A stretch of 64,000 nt of DNA. Source: Candidatus Thermofontivivens primus (GTDB taxonomy: Bacteria > Sysuimicrobiota > Sysuimicrobiia > Sysuimicrobiales > Thermofontiviventaceae). The first letter of the stretch is position 1; every line of letters starts with the position of its first letter. The position numbers and the translations under genes were made by a program. Location: contig JAVKJW010000001.1 in NCBI GenBank assembly GCA_031458695.1, forward strand, positions 32,001 through 96,000, in the 5' to 3' direction. This document shows, in pieces, positions 19,654 to 28,489 of this stretch. The notes beneath the pieces were generated by a model. It had not been told where the DNA came from and did not search any database. It saw only the letters and a program-made list of their open reading frames with translations.

Positions 19654-20222
19654 TGGAGATGCAAACCGTTCGTGTACATGTCCCTTATGACCATACCCAC
19701 ACAAGGCGCATCGGCCTCTGGCTCTTCTTCATCTCGGAGGGATTCCTGTTCCTGGCCTTGATCTCCAGCCGCTACTACCTCTTTGGGCTATCCCGTCCCG
19801 AGGAGCTGAACCAAGCTCTTGGCCTTCTCATCACCACAATCCTCCTCCTCAGCAGCCTCACGGCCTACAGGGCCGAGACCTCCATCCTCCACGGTGATCA
19901 AGGGATGTTCCTGCGCAACACGCTGGCTACAATCCTGCTGGGAAGTCTCTTCCTGGTCGGCGTCGCGTTGGAGTGGGCGGAGGCCTTCCGCTTCTTCCCG
20001 CCGCACACGCGCTTCGGCACGATTTTCTTTACCCTGACCGGGATGCACGGGTTCCACGTTCTCAGCGGAGTCGTCCTGCTGGTCTTCCTTTACTTCCACG
20101 GGAGGCGGGGGCGGTTCGGCGTAACGAATACCTGGCCAGTGGAGGGCGTCATCAAGTACTGGCACTTTGTGGACGTGGTTTGGGTGTTCATCTATCCCAC
20201 ACTCTACCTAGTCTCGTCCTAA
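19653..20222 (+). CDS. coxC: Cytochrome c oxidase subunit III, oxidase 2
   Basis: WLFFISE, TGMHGFHV, YWHFVDVVW. Confidence 0.92.
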   Translation: MEMQTVRVHVPYDHTHTRRIGLWLFFISEGFLFLALISSRYYLFGLSRPEELNQALGLLITTILLLSSLTAYRAETSILHGDQGMFLRNTLATILLGSLFLVGVALEWAEAFRFFPPHTRFGTIFFTLTGMHGFHVLSGVVLLVFLYFHGRRGRFGVTNTWPVEGVIKYWHFVDVVWVFIYPTLYLVSS

Positions 20223-20376
20223 GTATCGCTTGGCCCCTGCAGATTACCCCCTCAAAAGGAATCTTGCTGGGGCCAGATCATCCATTTGTCGAAGGCCTGG
20301 CCGCTTTTCACAAGACCAGACCGAATCCAGAAAAGTAGTTGCAAAAAGAAGACAAAGTGGATTAAAATACTCTTAA

Positions 20377-21225
20377 ATGCAGGTGGAGCTCTTCGAGCGC
20401 TTTGCCCAAGCCTCCAACCTCCGAGAACTTCTCGATGGGATGAGTCTATTGGCGGGCGGGCCGGTCCTGGTCACGGATCCAAGCGGGCGACTCCTATGCC
20501 TCCCTTCCTGCCATCCGGATTCCTGCCCCCTGCTGGAAGGTCAAAGTATGCGCTCCCCGCATTGCCCAGTGGCGCAGAAGGTGGCGGAACATGCTTGCAA
20601 TGGGGCGCGATCTCCCGTGGTGATGCGCTTCCATGGTGTACGCCATGTCGTCTCCTCCATCCAGGGTTGGGGACGCCTCCTGGGCTTCGTCATCGCAGAG
20701 GAGAGGAGCTGCGGTCCCCTGAGAGGACCCTCCTCTCAATCTCTTCGGCACTTGCGCCTGGGAGCCACGTTGCTCTCCAAGTGGATCGAGCGGGTGCTGG
20801 CCTACATAGAGCATGGTCCAGCCCTTCACTCGGAAAAGACGAACGGCCAGGATGCCCTCGATGGGCAGGTCCTGGAGGAGCTCGCCGGTTGCCGAAGGGC
20901 CTCCACAAGAGAGATCCTCAAGGAAGCGATCCTCGCCAGAAAGATCTCCCCTCATGGGGTGGCCCGCTTGCGCAGGGAGTTCGGCCTTACCTGGAGGGAG
21001 GTGGAGGTGTTCGTGCGTTATTACCTCTTTCCCCACCAGGAGGCCATTCAGAACGGGAACGCCCGGCGCTCCCTCGCGCGTCACCTTGGGATCACGGAAG
21101 GAACGCTGCGCGTCTACCTGAATGAGGTGCGCAGCAAGCTCAGCCTGCAAGCAAGGCGCGGCAGCCTGTCGATTCTCCTCTGGGCAAGGGAGGAGAGGAT
21201 TGCCCCTTCGGATATCTTATCCTAA
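20377..21225 (+). CDS. Transcriptional regulator: PocR-like sensor domain + LuxR-like HTH
   Basis: LRELLDGMSLLAGGPVLVTDPSGRLL..C..C..H; C-terminal LTWREVEV...LARHLGITEGTLRVYLNEVRSKL. Confidence 0.65.
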   Translation: MQVELFERFAQASNLRELLDGMSLLAGGPVLVTDPSGRLLCLPSCHPDSCPLLEGQSMRSPHCPVAQKVAEHACNGARSPVVMRFHGVRHVVSSIQGWGRLLGFVIAEERSCGPLRGPSSQSLRHLRLGATLLSKWIERVLAYIEHGPALHSEKTNGQDALDGQVLEELAGCRRASTREILKEAILARKISPHGVARLRREFGLTWREVEVFVRYYLFPHQEAIQNGNARRSLARHLGITEGTLRVYLNEVRSKLSLQARRGSLSILLWAREERIAPSDILS

Positions 21226-21331
21226 TGAGTGTGCATGAATTCAGGGAGGGGAAAATGGTTTGCTTGACGAACAGAGCCGCAACCTGCGCGTATTTGCGTG
21301 GGACTTATACAACTACGGAAGGGGGATCATC

Positions 21332-21796
21332 ATGAGGAGAACCACGGTTTTGCTTATCGGGTGCCTTTTTCTGTTCGTCCTAGTGCAGGCGGGAGGAGGA
21401 GCGCCCAAAAAGCAGGAGGTCACGATTCAGCTCACAGAGTTTGCGTTCAAGCCCAATAAGATCACCTTGACCAAGGGAGTGCCTGCTGAGCTGAAACTCT
21501 CCAATAAGGGAAGCGTGACCCACGAGTTTATGGTCTACGCACCTCCAAAGGCTGGTATGTCGATGGAAGATGTGGAGAAGTGGGCGGAGGACCAGTCCTA
21601 CTTCAAGGACCTTGAAGTTACGGTCGAGGGAGCTGGCATCGAGGTCGTAGGAAAGGGCATCTTCGAGGTGGAGATCGAGGCAGGGAAATCGGCCGAGATC
21701 AAGTTCACGCCCACTAAGGCCGGGACGTTTGAGATCGGCTGCCACCTGCCCGGCCACTATGAGGCAGGGATGAAGGGAACGCTGGTCGTGAAGTAG
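21332..21796 (+). CDS. Secreted blue-copper (type 1) cupredoxin
   Basis: Signal peptide, THEF, CHLPGHYEAGM ligand loop. Confidence 0.88.
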   Translation: MRRTTVLLIGCLFLFVLVQAGGGAPKKQEVTIQLTEFAFKPNKITLTKGVPAELKLSNKGSVTHEFMVYAPPKAGMSMEDVEKWAEDQSYFKDLEVTVEGAGIEVVGKGIFEVEIEAGKSAEIKFTPTKAGTFEIGCHLPGHYEAGMKGTLVVK

Positions 21797-21810
21797 AAAA
21801 TTCTTAGGCT

Positions 21811-22269
21811 ATGAATCGATTCCAGCGCTTGTCTGTCGCGACAGCCATTGCGGTGTACCTTCTCATCGTCCTAGGGGGCGTCGTCCGGGCGATGGGGGCG
21901 GGATTGGCGTGCCCGGACTGGCCGCTTTGCCACGGGCGGCTGATCCCGCCTCTCCAGGGCCCCATCCTTGTGGAGTATTTCCACCGCTTGGCTGCGGCCG
22001 TTGTGAGCGTGCTCGTGGTGATCACTGCTATCGAGGCCTGGCGGAGGGAACGCCATCATAGAACCATCGTCTTCCTGGCTTCCGTGGCGGTGATCCTCCT
22101 GGTCATCCAGGTATTCCTTGGCGGCTTCACGGTACTCACCAAGCTCCACCGCGCCTTGACCGCGGCCCACCTGGCGACGGCCGCGGCCCTGCTGGCTGTC
22201 GTCGTCCTTCTGGCGAGCCTGAGCTTCCGAACCCCCGCCCCGATCTCCGGAGGATCTCGAAGAAGATGA
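21811..22269 (+). CDS. ctaA: Half-size heme A synthase (COX15/CtaA)
   Basis: GAGLACPDWPLCHG, EYFHRL, AAHL; only 152 aa. Confidence 0.85.
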   Translation: MNRFQRLSVATAIAVYLLIVLGGVVRAMGAGLACPDWPLCHGRLIPPLQGPILVEYFHRLAAAVVSVLVVITAIEAWRRERHHRTIVFLASVAVILLVIQVFLGGFTVLTKLHRALTAAHLATAAALLAVVVLLASLSFRTPAPISGGSRRR

Positions 22270-23141
22270 CGGGCTACACGTTCCCTCACTCCTTCCTTGA
22301 CTACCTCAGCCTCACCAAGCCGAGGATTGTCTTCCTCCTCTTGGTTACCACGTTCACGACCATGTTCATGGCGGCGCAAGGAAGGCCCCCTCTCCTTCTG
22401 AGCCTATGGACGCTCCTTGGGGGGGCACTTGCAGCTGGGGCAGCCAACGCCATCAACTGTTACCTCGACAGGGACATCGATGCAATCATGGCCCGCACGC
22501 GCAAGCGGCCACTCCCCGCAGGACGGTTGAAAGATCGGCATGCTCTATGGTTTGGGGTCTTCCTCTCGGCCGCCTCATTCGTTGTGTTGGCCCTGCTCGT
22601 CAACCTCCTCAGCGCCTTGCTCGCGGTTGCGGGTATCGTGTACTACGACGCCATCTACACAGCTTGGTTGAAGCGCAGGACCCCTCAAAACATCGTGATC
22701 GGGGGTGCGGCGGGAGCAATTGCTCCGCTTCTGGGGTGGTCCGCCGTCACGGGCCGCCTGGAATTCCCCGCCTTCCTCCTCTCCCTCATCATCTTCTTGT
22801 GGACGCCTCCCCACTTCTGGTCCCTGGCTTTAAACCAAGCTCAGGACTACCAGAGGGCGGGCATTCCTATGCTCCCTGCCATCTCCGGGGAGCAGGAGAC
22901 TTCCCGGCAAATCGTGCTCTACACCTTCACTCTCGTCCCAGCGACACTCCTCCTCTATCCCTTTGAGGTCGTGGGGAAGGTCTACTTCCTCGCAGCGCTC
23001 CTCCTCAATGGAGGGCTCCTGTTCTTTGCTCTGAACCTCCTCCTGCACCCGCACCGGCAATCGGCTTGGCGTCTCTTCTACTACTCCAACGTCTACTTAG
23101 CCCTGCTCTTCCTCGCCCTGGTGGTGGACCGCCTCGCCTGA
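22266..23141 (+). CDS. ctaB: Heme O synthase (protoheme IX farnesyltransferase)
   Basis: LTKPRI, DRDIDAIMARTRKRPLPAG, LKRRTPQNIVIGG, WTPPHFW. Confidence 0.96.
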   Translation: MTGYTFPHSFLDYLSLTKPRIVFLLLVTTFTTMFMAAQGRPPLLLSLWTLLGGALAAGAANAINCYLDRDIDAIMARTRKRPLPAGRLKDRHALWFGVFLSAASFVVLALLVNLLSALLAVAGIVYYDAIYTAWLKRRTPQNIVIGGAAGAIAPLLGWSAVTGRLEFPAFLLSLIIFLWTPPHFWSLALNQAQDYQRAGIPMLPAISGEQETSRQIVLYTFTLVPATLLLYPFEVVGKVYFLAALLLNGGLLFFALNLLLHPHRQSAWRLFYYSNVYLALLFLALVVDRLA

Positions 23142-23342
23142 GGCACACCGAAGGAATCGGTGGAAAGATCCTTTTTACCGGGAGCCCTCTCTCGAAAAAG
23201 GCGGTAGTCGTTCCCGGGGAAGGAATACGGAGTCCCTTGGAAGAAGAGCTTATCTAGCTGTTTAAAGTAGCCCATGATCCCGCCTGGAATCCCGTTCGGG
23301 AGAGGATGCGGGAGAAGGAATATGGAGTGAGGGGGGATCTCC

Positions 23343-24725
23343 ATGCGAAAGGCACCCTTCCTCATCCTCATCGTTTTTTCCCTCCTTTTTCTCGGTGAGA
23401 CCACGACAGGAGCAGAGGAGAGCGCGTGGCCGTTGTTCGGCTACGATCTCGTCCATACGAACTTCAACCCGGTAGAAAAACACATCAATTCTGCATCTGT
23501 GCCTCACATGCAGGTGGCTTGGCGCCTCCAGGCCGACGGGCCGGTACACATGCCGGTGGTCGACCGAGAGATTGCTTATTTCGGATCGTGGGCGGGAACG
23601 TTCTACGCCGTGGAGGTCTCCACGGGGAAGGTGCGCTGGCGCATCACAACGGAGACCTATCCGGAACCCCGCTACGGTTTCCCCACTCTCGGCGTTACGG
23701 CCACAGCTGCGGTGCAGGACGGCAGGATCTACTTCCCCACAGCGCTGGCCCGCGTTTGGTGCGTGGACGCGCGGACGGGGAAAGTCCTCTGGAGGCAGGC
23801 CATTGGGAATCCCAAGGCGGATGACATCTCCTGGTCCTCGCCGGTGGTGCACAGGGGTAGAGTCTACATCGGCGTCTCCTCGCGCAGCGACCATCCTACC
23901 CAGAAAGGGAAGGTGGTCGCCCTCGATGCCCGAACGGGGAAGATCCTCTGGACCTTCTCCACGGTCACCTATGCCACCCCCGAATGGGACGCCGGTGGAT
24001 CCGGCGTGACCTCCACGCCCACGTTAGATCCCCGCAGGAACGTCCTGTACATCACCACCGGGAACCCGCGCAGCCCGACCAAGGAACTACCGCCAGGTCC
24101 TAACCTCTATTCCGAAAGCATCCTCGCCCTGGATGCCCGCACAGGGAGGAAGCTCTGGCACTACCAGGCGACGCCACGCGACCCTCTGGACCTTGACTTC
24201 ATCGCGTCGGCGAACTTGTTCACCATTCGCAAGAACGGCACGGCGATACAGGTCGTGGGAGCCGGGAAAAAGGACGGTTTTTACTACTTAGTCGATGCAG
24301 AGACCGGGCGTCTCATCTACAAGAAAGCCTTAGGAACGAAGGAGTACGGAGCAACCATCATGGGCGACGCAGCCCTCGCGCATGGAAGGCTCTACCTCGG
24401 CGTGACGCTCTTCTCCCCGCAAGGACCCAGGGGGAAGATGGCTGCCCTGGAGCCAGCCACCGGGCGGGTGCTCTGGGAACGACCCCTCCTGGCCCACACC
24501 TTCAACCGCCCAACAGCTGCAGGAGATGTCGTCTTCCTGGGGGATTATAAGGGGAACTTGTATGCGTTTGAGATGGCAAGTGGGAAGCTCCTTTGGCATC
24601 GCGCCATGGGAGGACGCATCGGCCCACGCGGGAAGGACGGCGTGACCGTTGCTGCAGGCGTCGTGCTGGTGCCGTTGGGGTACCCTGCAAATGTCCTCGC
24701 TGCCCTCCGCCCATCCCTGCGGTGA
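23343..24725 (+). CDS. Secreted PQQ-type beta-propeller protein (PVA-dehydrogenase-like)
   Basis: Signal peptide, repeated ALDARTGK.LW blades, DLDF, GAGKKDG. Confidence 0.8.
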   Translation: MRKAPFLILIVFSLLFLGETTTGAEESAWPLFGYDLVHTNFNPVEKHINSASVPHMQVAWRLQADGPVHMPVVDREIAYFGSWAGTFYAVEVSTGKVRWRITTETYPEPRYGFPTLGVTATAAVQDGRIYFPTALARVWCVDARTGKVLWRQAIGNPKADDISWSSPVVHRGRVYIGVSSRSDHPTQKGKVVALDARTGKILWTFSTVTYATPEWDAGGSGVTSTPTLDPRRNVLYITTGNPRSPTKELPPGPNLYSESILALDARTGRKLWHYQATPRDPLDLDFIASANLFTIRKNGTAIQVVGAGKKDGFYYLVDAETGRLIYKKALGTKEYGATIMGDAALAHGRLYLGVTLFSPQGPRGKMAALEPATGRVLWERPLLAHTFNRPTAAGDVVFLGDYKGNLYAFEMASGKLLWHRAMGGRIGPRGKDGVTVAAGVVLVPLGYPANVLAALRPSLR

Positions 24726-24731
24726 TTGGGA

Positions 24732-26012
24732 CTAAGAAAGCCGCTCATCCCTCCTTTTTTGAGGTTTGAGATGCCGGTCCCACAGGCCGACGGTCATCAC
24801 TGCGAGCAGACCTAAACAACCCGCTACGAAGAACCCCGTGCGCGGCCCCCACAGATCCATCACGCCTCCAGTCAGAAGGGCCCCAAGAGGGGTGGATCCG
24901 GCAAAGAGCAGCGTGTACATGCTCATCACCCTGCCCCTGAGGTGATCAGGGACGAGGACCTGCACCGAGGTGTTGGTCGTGGCGGTGAACGTGATCATGG
25001 AGAATCCTGCAATGGCCGCAAGCCCTACAGCGGGAGGGAGACTCCCTACAAGCCCCATCCCCAATACAGCCAGGGAGACTGCGGTCGCTCCGCCATAGCG
25101 AAGCTCAGTGCGAGGACCAAAGCGGCTCGCCCCGGCAAGGGCGAGAGCTCCACTGAACGCGCCAATTCCCATGGCGGCCATGACGAACCCGTAAGATCGA
25201 GCATCTCCATGGAGCATGGTACGAGCCAAGACGGGGATCAACACGTTGAAGTTCAGGACCGCCGTGCTCACAGCACCGAGAAGCGCAAGGGAAGTGAGGA
25301 TTGCGGGAGTGCGCAGGATGTATCCCAGACCATCCCGGATGTCCTGAAGGATGTTCCCTGGTGGGGAGGGATCGACAGGGAGAGGTTCGATGCGGGAGAG
25401 AGCCCATAGCACAGCGAGAAAGCTGATCCCGTTGAGGAAGAATGCCGGGGCGAGGCCGAAGCGAGCGATGACGAACCCCGCGATCGCGGGGCCAATGATC
25501 CGGGCCGCGTTGAAGTTGGCAGAGTTCAGGGCAATGGCGTTCATGAGGTCCCTCCGCCCCACCAGTTCCACCAAGAACGATTGGCGAGCCGGCATGTCAA
25601 AGCTGTTCACGATCCCCAGCAGGGTCGCCAGTATTGCCACGTGCCAGTAGCGGACAAGATTCGTCCAAGTGAGAAAGCTCAGGAGGAAGGCAAGAGTCAT
25701 GAGGACCGTCTGCGTTGTAAACAAGAGCGCACGCTTGGGAAAGCGATCTGCAATAGCCCCACCGAAGAGGCTGAAGAGCATCACCGGTGCAAACTGCAGG
25801 GCGTTCACGACTCCGAGGAGGAAGGGGGAGTTCGTCAGGGTGAGGACAAGCCAGGCCTGGGCTACCGTCTGCATCCAGGACCCGATGAGAGAGATCCCAT
25901 GACCCACGAAGAAGATGCGGAAGTTCCGATGGCCGAGGGCCGGGAAAAACTTAGCCCTCCTGGAAAGCTGGACCTCTTGTGCGATGGCTTCCCCGTCCAC
26001 TCCAGATTGCAT
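24732..26012 (-). CDS. MFS transporter
   Basis: GSWMQTVAQAWLV, GGAIADRFPKR, DMPARQSF, PDHLRGRVMS. Confidence 0.92.
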   Translation of the reverse strand: MQSGVDGEAIAQEVQLSRRAKFFPALGHRNFRIFFVGHGISLIGSWMQTVAQAWLVLTLTNSPFLLGVVNALQFAPVMLFSLFGGAIADRFPKRALLFTTQTVLMTLAFLLSFLTWTNLVRYWHVAILATLLGIVNSFDMPARQSFLVELVGRRDLMNAIALNSANFNAARIIGPAIAGFVIARFGLAPAFFLNGISFLAVLWALSRIEPLPVDPSPPGNILQDIRDGLGYILRTPAILTSLALLGAVSTAVLNFNVLIPVLARTMLHGDARSYGFVMAAMGIGAFSGALALAGASRFGPRTELRYGGATAVSLAVLGMGLVGSLPPAVGLAAIAGFSMITFTATTNTSVQVLVPDHLRGRVMSMYTLLFAGSTPLGALLTGGVMDLWGPRTGFFVAGCLGLLAVMTVGLWDRHLKPQKRRDERLS

Positions 26013-26138
26013 ATGCACCTCCTCCATCCTATCACCCTCCCCCACCAGGGACAACCCGTTCCACACGAGACCCGCCGCATGTCAAGTGTCTCTTTATGCA
26101 AGGAACTCCCCATGTTACACTGACTGTGCAGGAGGTCC

Positions 26139-26876
26139 GTGATGAACCCAGTGATCGTCCAATTCGGCCCCATCGCTATCCGCTGGTACGGGGTCATGGT
26201 TGCACTCACCATCCTCGGAGGAACCGCACTGGCCTATCGCTTCGGGCGCCGCTTCGGGATCCCCCAAGAGGCCTTCGACCGCCTGCTCTTGCCGTTCGTC
26301 ATCGTCCTCGTAGCGGGAGCACGCCTGGGCTACGTCCTCAGCCATCCGGCGGAGTTCACCAATCCCCTGGAAATCCTGCGCATTGACCGTGGCGGTCTCT
26401 CCTCCCATGGAGCGCTGGCCGCAGGCTTTCTGTACCTCACCACCTTCGCCCGCAGACATCAGCTCTCAGTGTGGGCCATGGCAGATGCCATTGTTCCAGC
26501 GATCCCCCTTGGTAATGTCCTCATCCGTTTCGGAAACTTTATGAATGGAGAGCTCTACGGCGATCCCACATCCCTCCCCTGGGGCATCGTTTTCCCGGGA
26601 GTGCCAGGAGGACCCCGTCATCCCCTCCAACTCTACGAAATGGCTGCTGGAGCGATCCTTCTGGCCCTTTGCTCTCCCTGGAGCAAGGCGCGGCGATTTG
26701 AGGGCGAGCTCTTCTGGAAGGTCATCCTTGGGACCTCCCTTGTACGCTTCGGTCTCGACCTCCTCCGGAGTGAGGCCAGGGTCGCTGGTCCGTTCACTTT
26801 GGGCCAGTTCCCCGCGTTGGTCTTGATCGTTGCCGCAGCTTGGATGCTGTATAGACAGGACAGAGCAAAAACGTAG
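26139..26876 (+). CDS. lgt: Prolipoprotein diacylglyceryl transferase
   Basis: IRWYG, GGLSSHG, RFGNFMNGELYG, RHPLQLYE. Confidence 0.95.
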   Translation: MMNPVIVQFGPIAIRWYGVMVALTILGGTALAYRFGRRFGIPQEAFDRLLLPFVIVLVAGARLGYVLSHPAEFTNPLEILRIDRGGLSSHGALAAGFLYLTTFARRHQLSVWAMADAIVPAIPLGNVLIRFGNFMNGELYGDPTSLPWGIVFPGVPGGPRHPLQLYEMAAGAILLALCSPWSKARRFEGELFWKVILGTSLVRFGLDLLRSEARVAGPFTLGQFPALVLIVAAAWMLYRQDRAKT

Positions 26877-27058
26877 AGACCACTCCCCCAGGGGCGTCAG
26901 GGAGGCTCGGGGGATCGCGCTCCAACCGTTGTGGACGCTTGTCCACGTCCTGCTGGCCTTCGCCTATAAGCCGGCATCCTTGAAAGGATCGTGCTGGGAA
27001 TGTGATGGCCAAGTCCAAAAGACCCTTAGCTGACCAGTAAAGGAGAGCGTGAGAGAGG

Positions 27059-28489
27059 TCATTGCATCAGGGTGATCAGGCTCTGTACCACCGAGAGGAC
27101 CGGCGTGGGGAGAATTCCGAGAAGGAGGACGCCCAAAGCTGCAAGGGTCATGGCCACAGAAGCAGGCACGCTGGAATGAACTTGGACGTAGGGACGGGGC
27201 TCCCCACTGGCCACCACATAGGCAACGCGCATGTAGTAGTAAACAGAGACTACGCTTGTGAGCACGCCGAGGACGGCCAGTCCAACCTGTCCACCCTCGA
27301 TGGCCGCGGTAAAGACGTACAGCTTTGCCATGAACCCGCCTGTGGGGGGGATCCCTGCGAGGGAGGCCATGAAGAGCGCCATCGCTACCCCAAGGAGAGG
27401 CCTGCGTGCTCCGACCCCGGCGTAGTCCTCAATGAGGTCCGCCTCCGCCCCATCCCGCTCCAAAAGCGCCACTACCGCGAACGCCCCGAGCGTCATGAAG
27501 AGGTAGTTGAGCAGGTAGAAGACCGTGCTCCAGAGCCCAGAGGGGGTACCAGAGGCGACTCCCACGAGAGCATAGCCAGCGTGAGCGATGCTGGAGTAAG
27601 CCATGAGGCGCTTGAAGTTCCCCTGGAGGAGAGCGACGGTGTTCCCGAGGATCATGGTTGCTGCGGCAATCCCCGCCAGGACTGGGATCCACTGGAGGGC
27701 GAGGAAATCCAACGAGAGGGGAAAGACTCGCAGGATCCCAGCGAAAGCCCCGAGTTTGGCCGCAACCGACATGAACGCTGTCACAGGGAGGGGAGCACCC
27801 TCGTAGACGTCCGGGGCCCATAGGTGAAAAGGGACTGCAGCAGCCTTGAACCCAAGCCCGATTGTCAGAAGACCCATCCCTGCCAGGAGGAGGAAGCTCC
27901 CATGTGAACCAGGGAGGGCATCCAAACGCATCGTCCCGGTCGCGCCGTAGATCAGAGCAACCCCGTATAGGAAGAAGGCCGAGGAAAACGCACCCAGCAG
28001 GAAGTACTTCATGCCCGCCTCCAGGGATCTTGGGCTCCTGCGGGCGAACGCGGCAAGGATATACAACGGGATAGAGAGGGTCTCCAGCCCGAGGAAGAGA
28101 AGGAGGAGGTCCCGCGACCCAGCCATGATCATTGCACCAAGGGTGGAGGCAAAGAGAAGCGCATAGTACTCCCCGCGTTCCAGCTGGAACCTGTGGAGGT
28201 AGCCCGCTCCCACCAGGATCGCCATCCCAAGGGCGAGAAGGAGAACGGTCTCGAACAGCCAAGTGAGCTCATCGCGAACGAACATCCCGGCTGAGTCCGG
28301 AAAAGCGCCCTGTGTGCTGGTTGCGGCTATCCCAAGCGTGACAACTACTGCGGCCAGAGCAGGCCAGCGCAGCAACGCACGTCGTCTTTCTCCCAGCAGG
28401 AGGTCAAGGGCCAAGAGAGCGACCAAAGCAACGGCGACGGAGATCTCCGGTGCCAGGATCCGAAGGTCCATTGAGGGAAAGGCGTTCAC
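27059..28489 (-). CDS. nuoN: NADH-quinone oxidoreductase subunit N
   Basis: EAGMKYFLLG, FKAAAVPFHLWAPDVYEGAP, KRLMAYSSIAHAGY. Confidence 0.97.
   Translation of the reverse strand: MNAFPSMDLRILAPEISVAVALVALLALDLLLGERRRALLRWPALAAVVVTLGIAATSTQGAFPDSAGMFVRDELTWLFETVLLLALGMAILVGAGYLHRFQLERGEYYALLFASTLGAMIMAGSRDLLLLFLGLETLSIPLYILAAFARRSPRSLEAGMKYFLLGAFSSAFFLYGVALIYGATGTMRLDALPGSHGSFLLLAGMGLLTIGLGFKAAAVPFHLWAPDVYEGAPLPVTAFMSVAAKLGAFAGILRVFPLSLDFLALQWIPVLAGIAAATMILGNTVALLQGNFKRLMAYSSIAHAGYALVGVASGTPSGLWSTVFYLLNYLFMTLGAFAVVALLERDGAEADLIEDYAGVGARRPLLGVAMALFMASLAGIPPTGGFMAKLYVFTAAIEGGQVGLAVLGVLTSVVSVYYYMRVAYVVASGEPRPYVQVHSSVPASVAMTLAALGVLLLGILPTPVLSVVQSLITLMQ

Noticed and set aside
23270..23320. Hairpin upstream of the PQQ-type gene as a riboswitch
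   Set aside because: No recognisable aptamer consensus or expression platform
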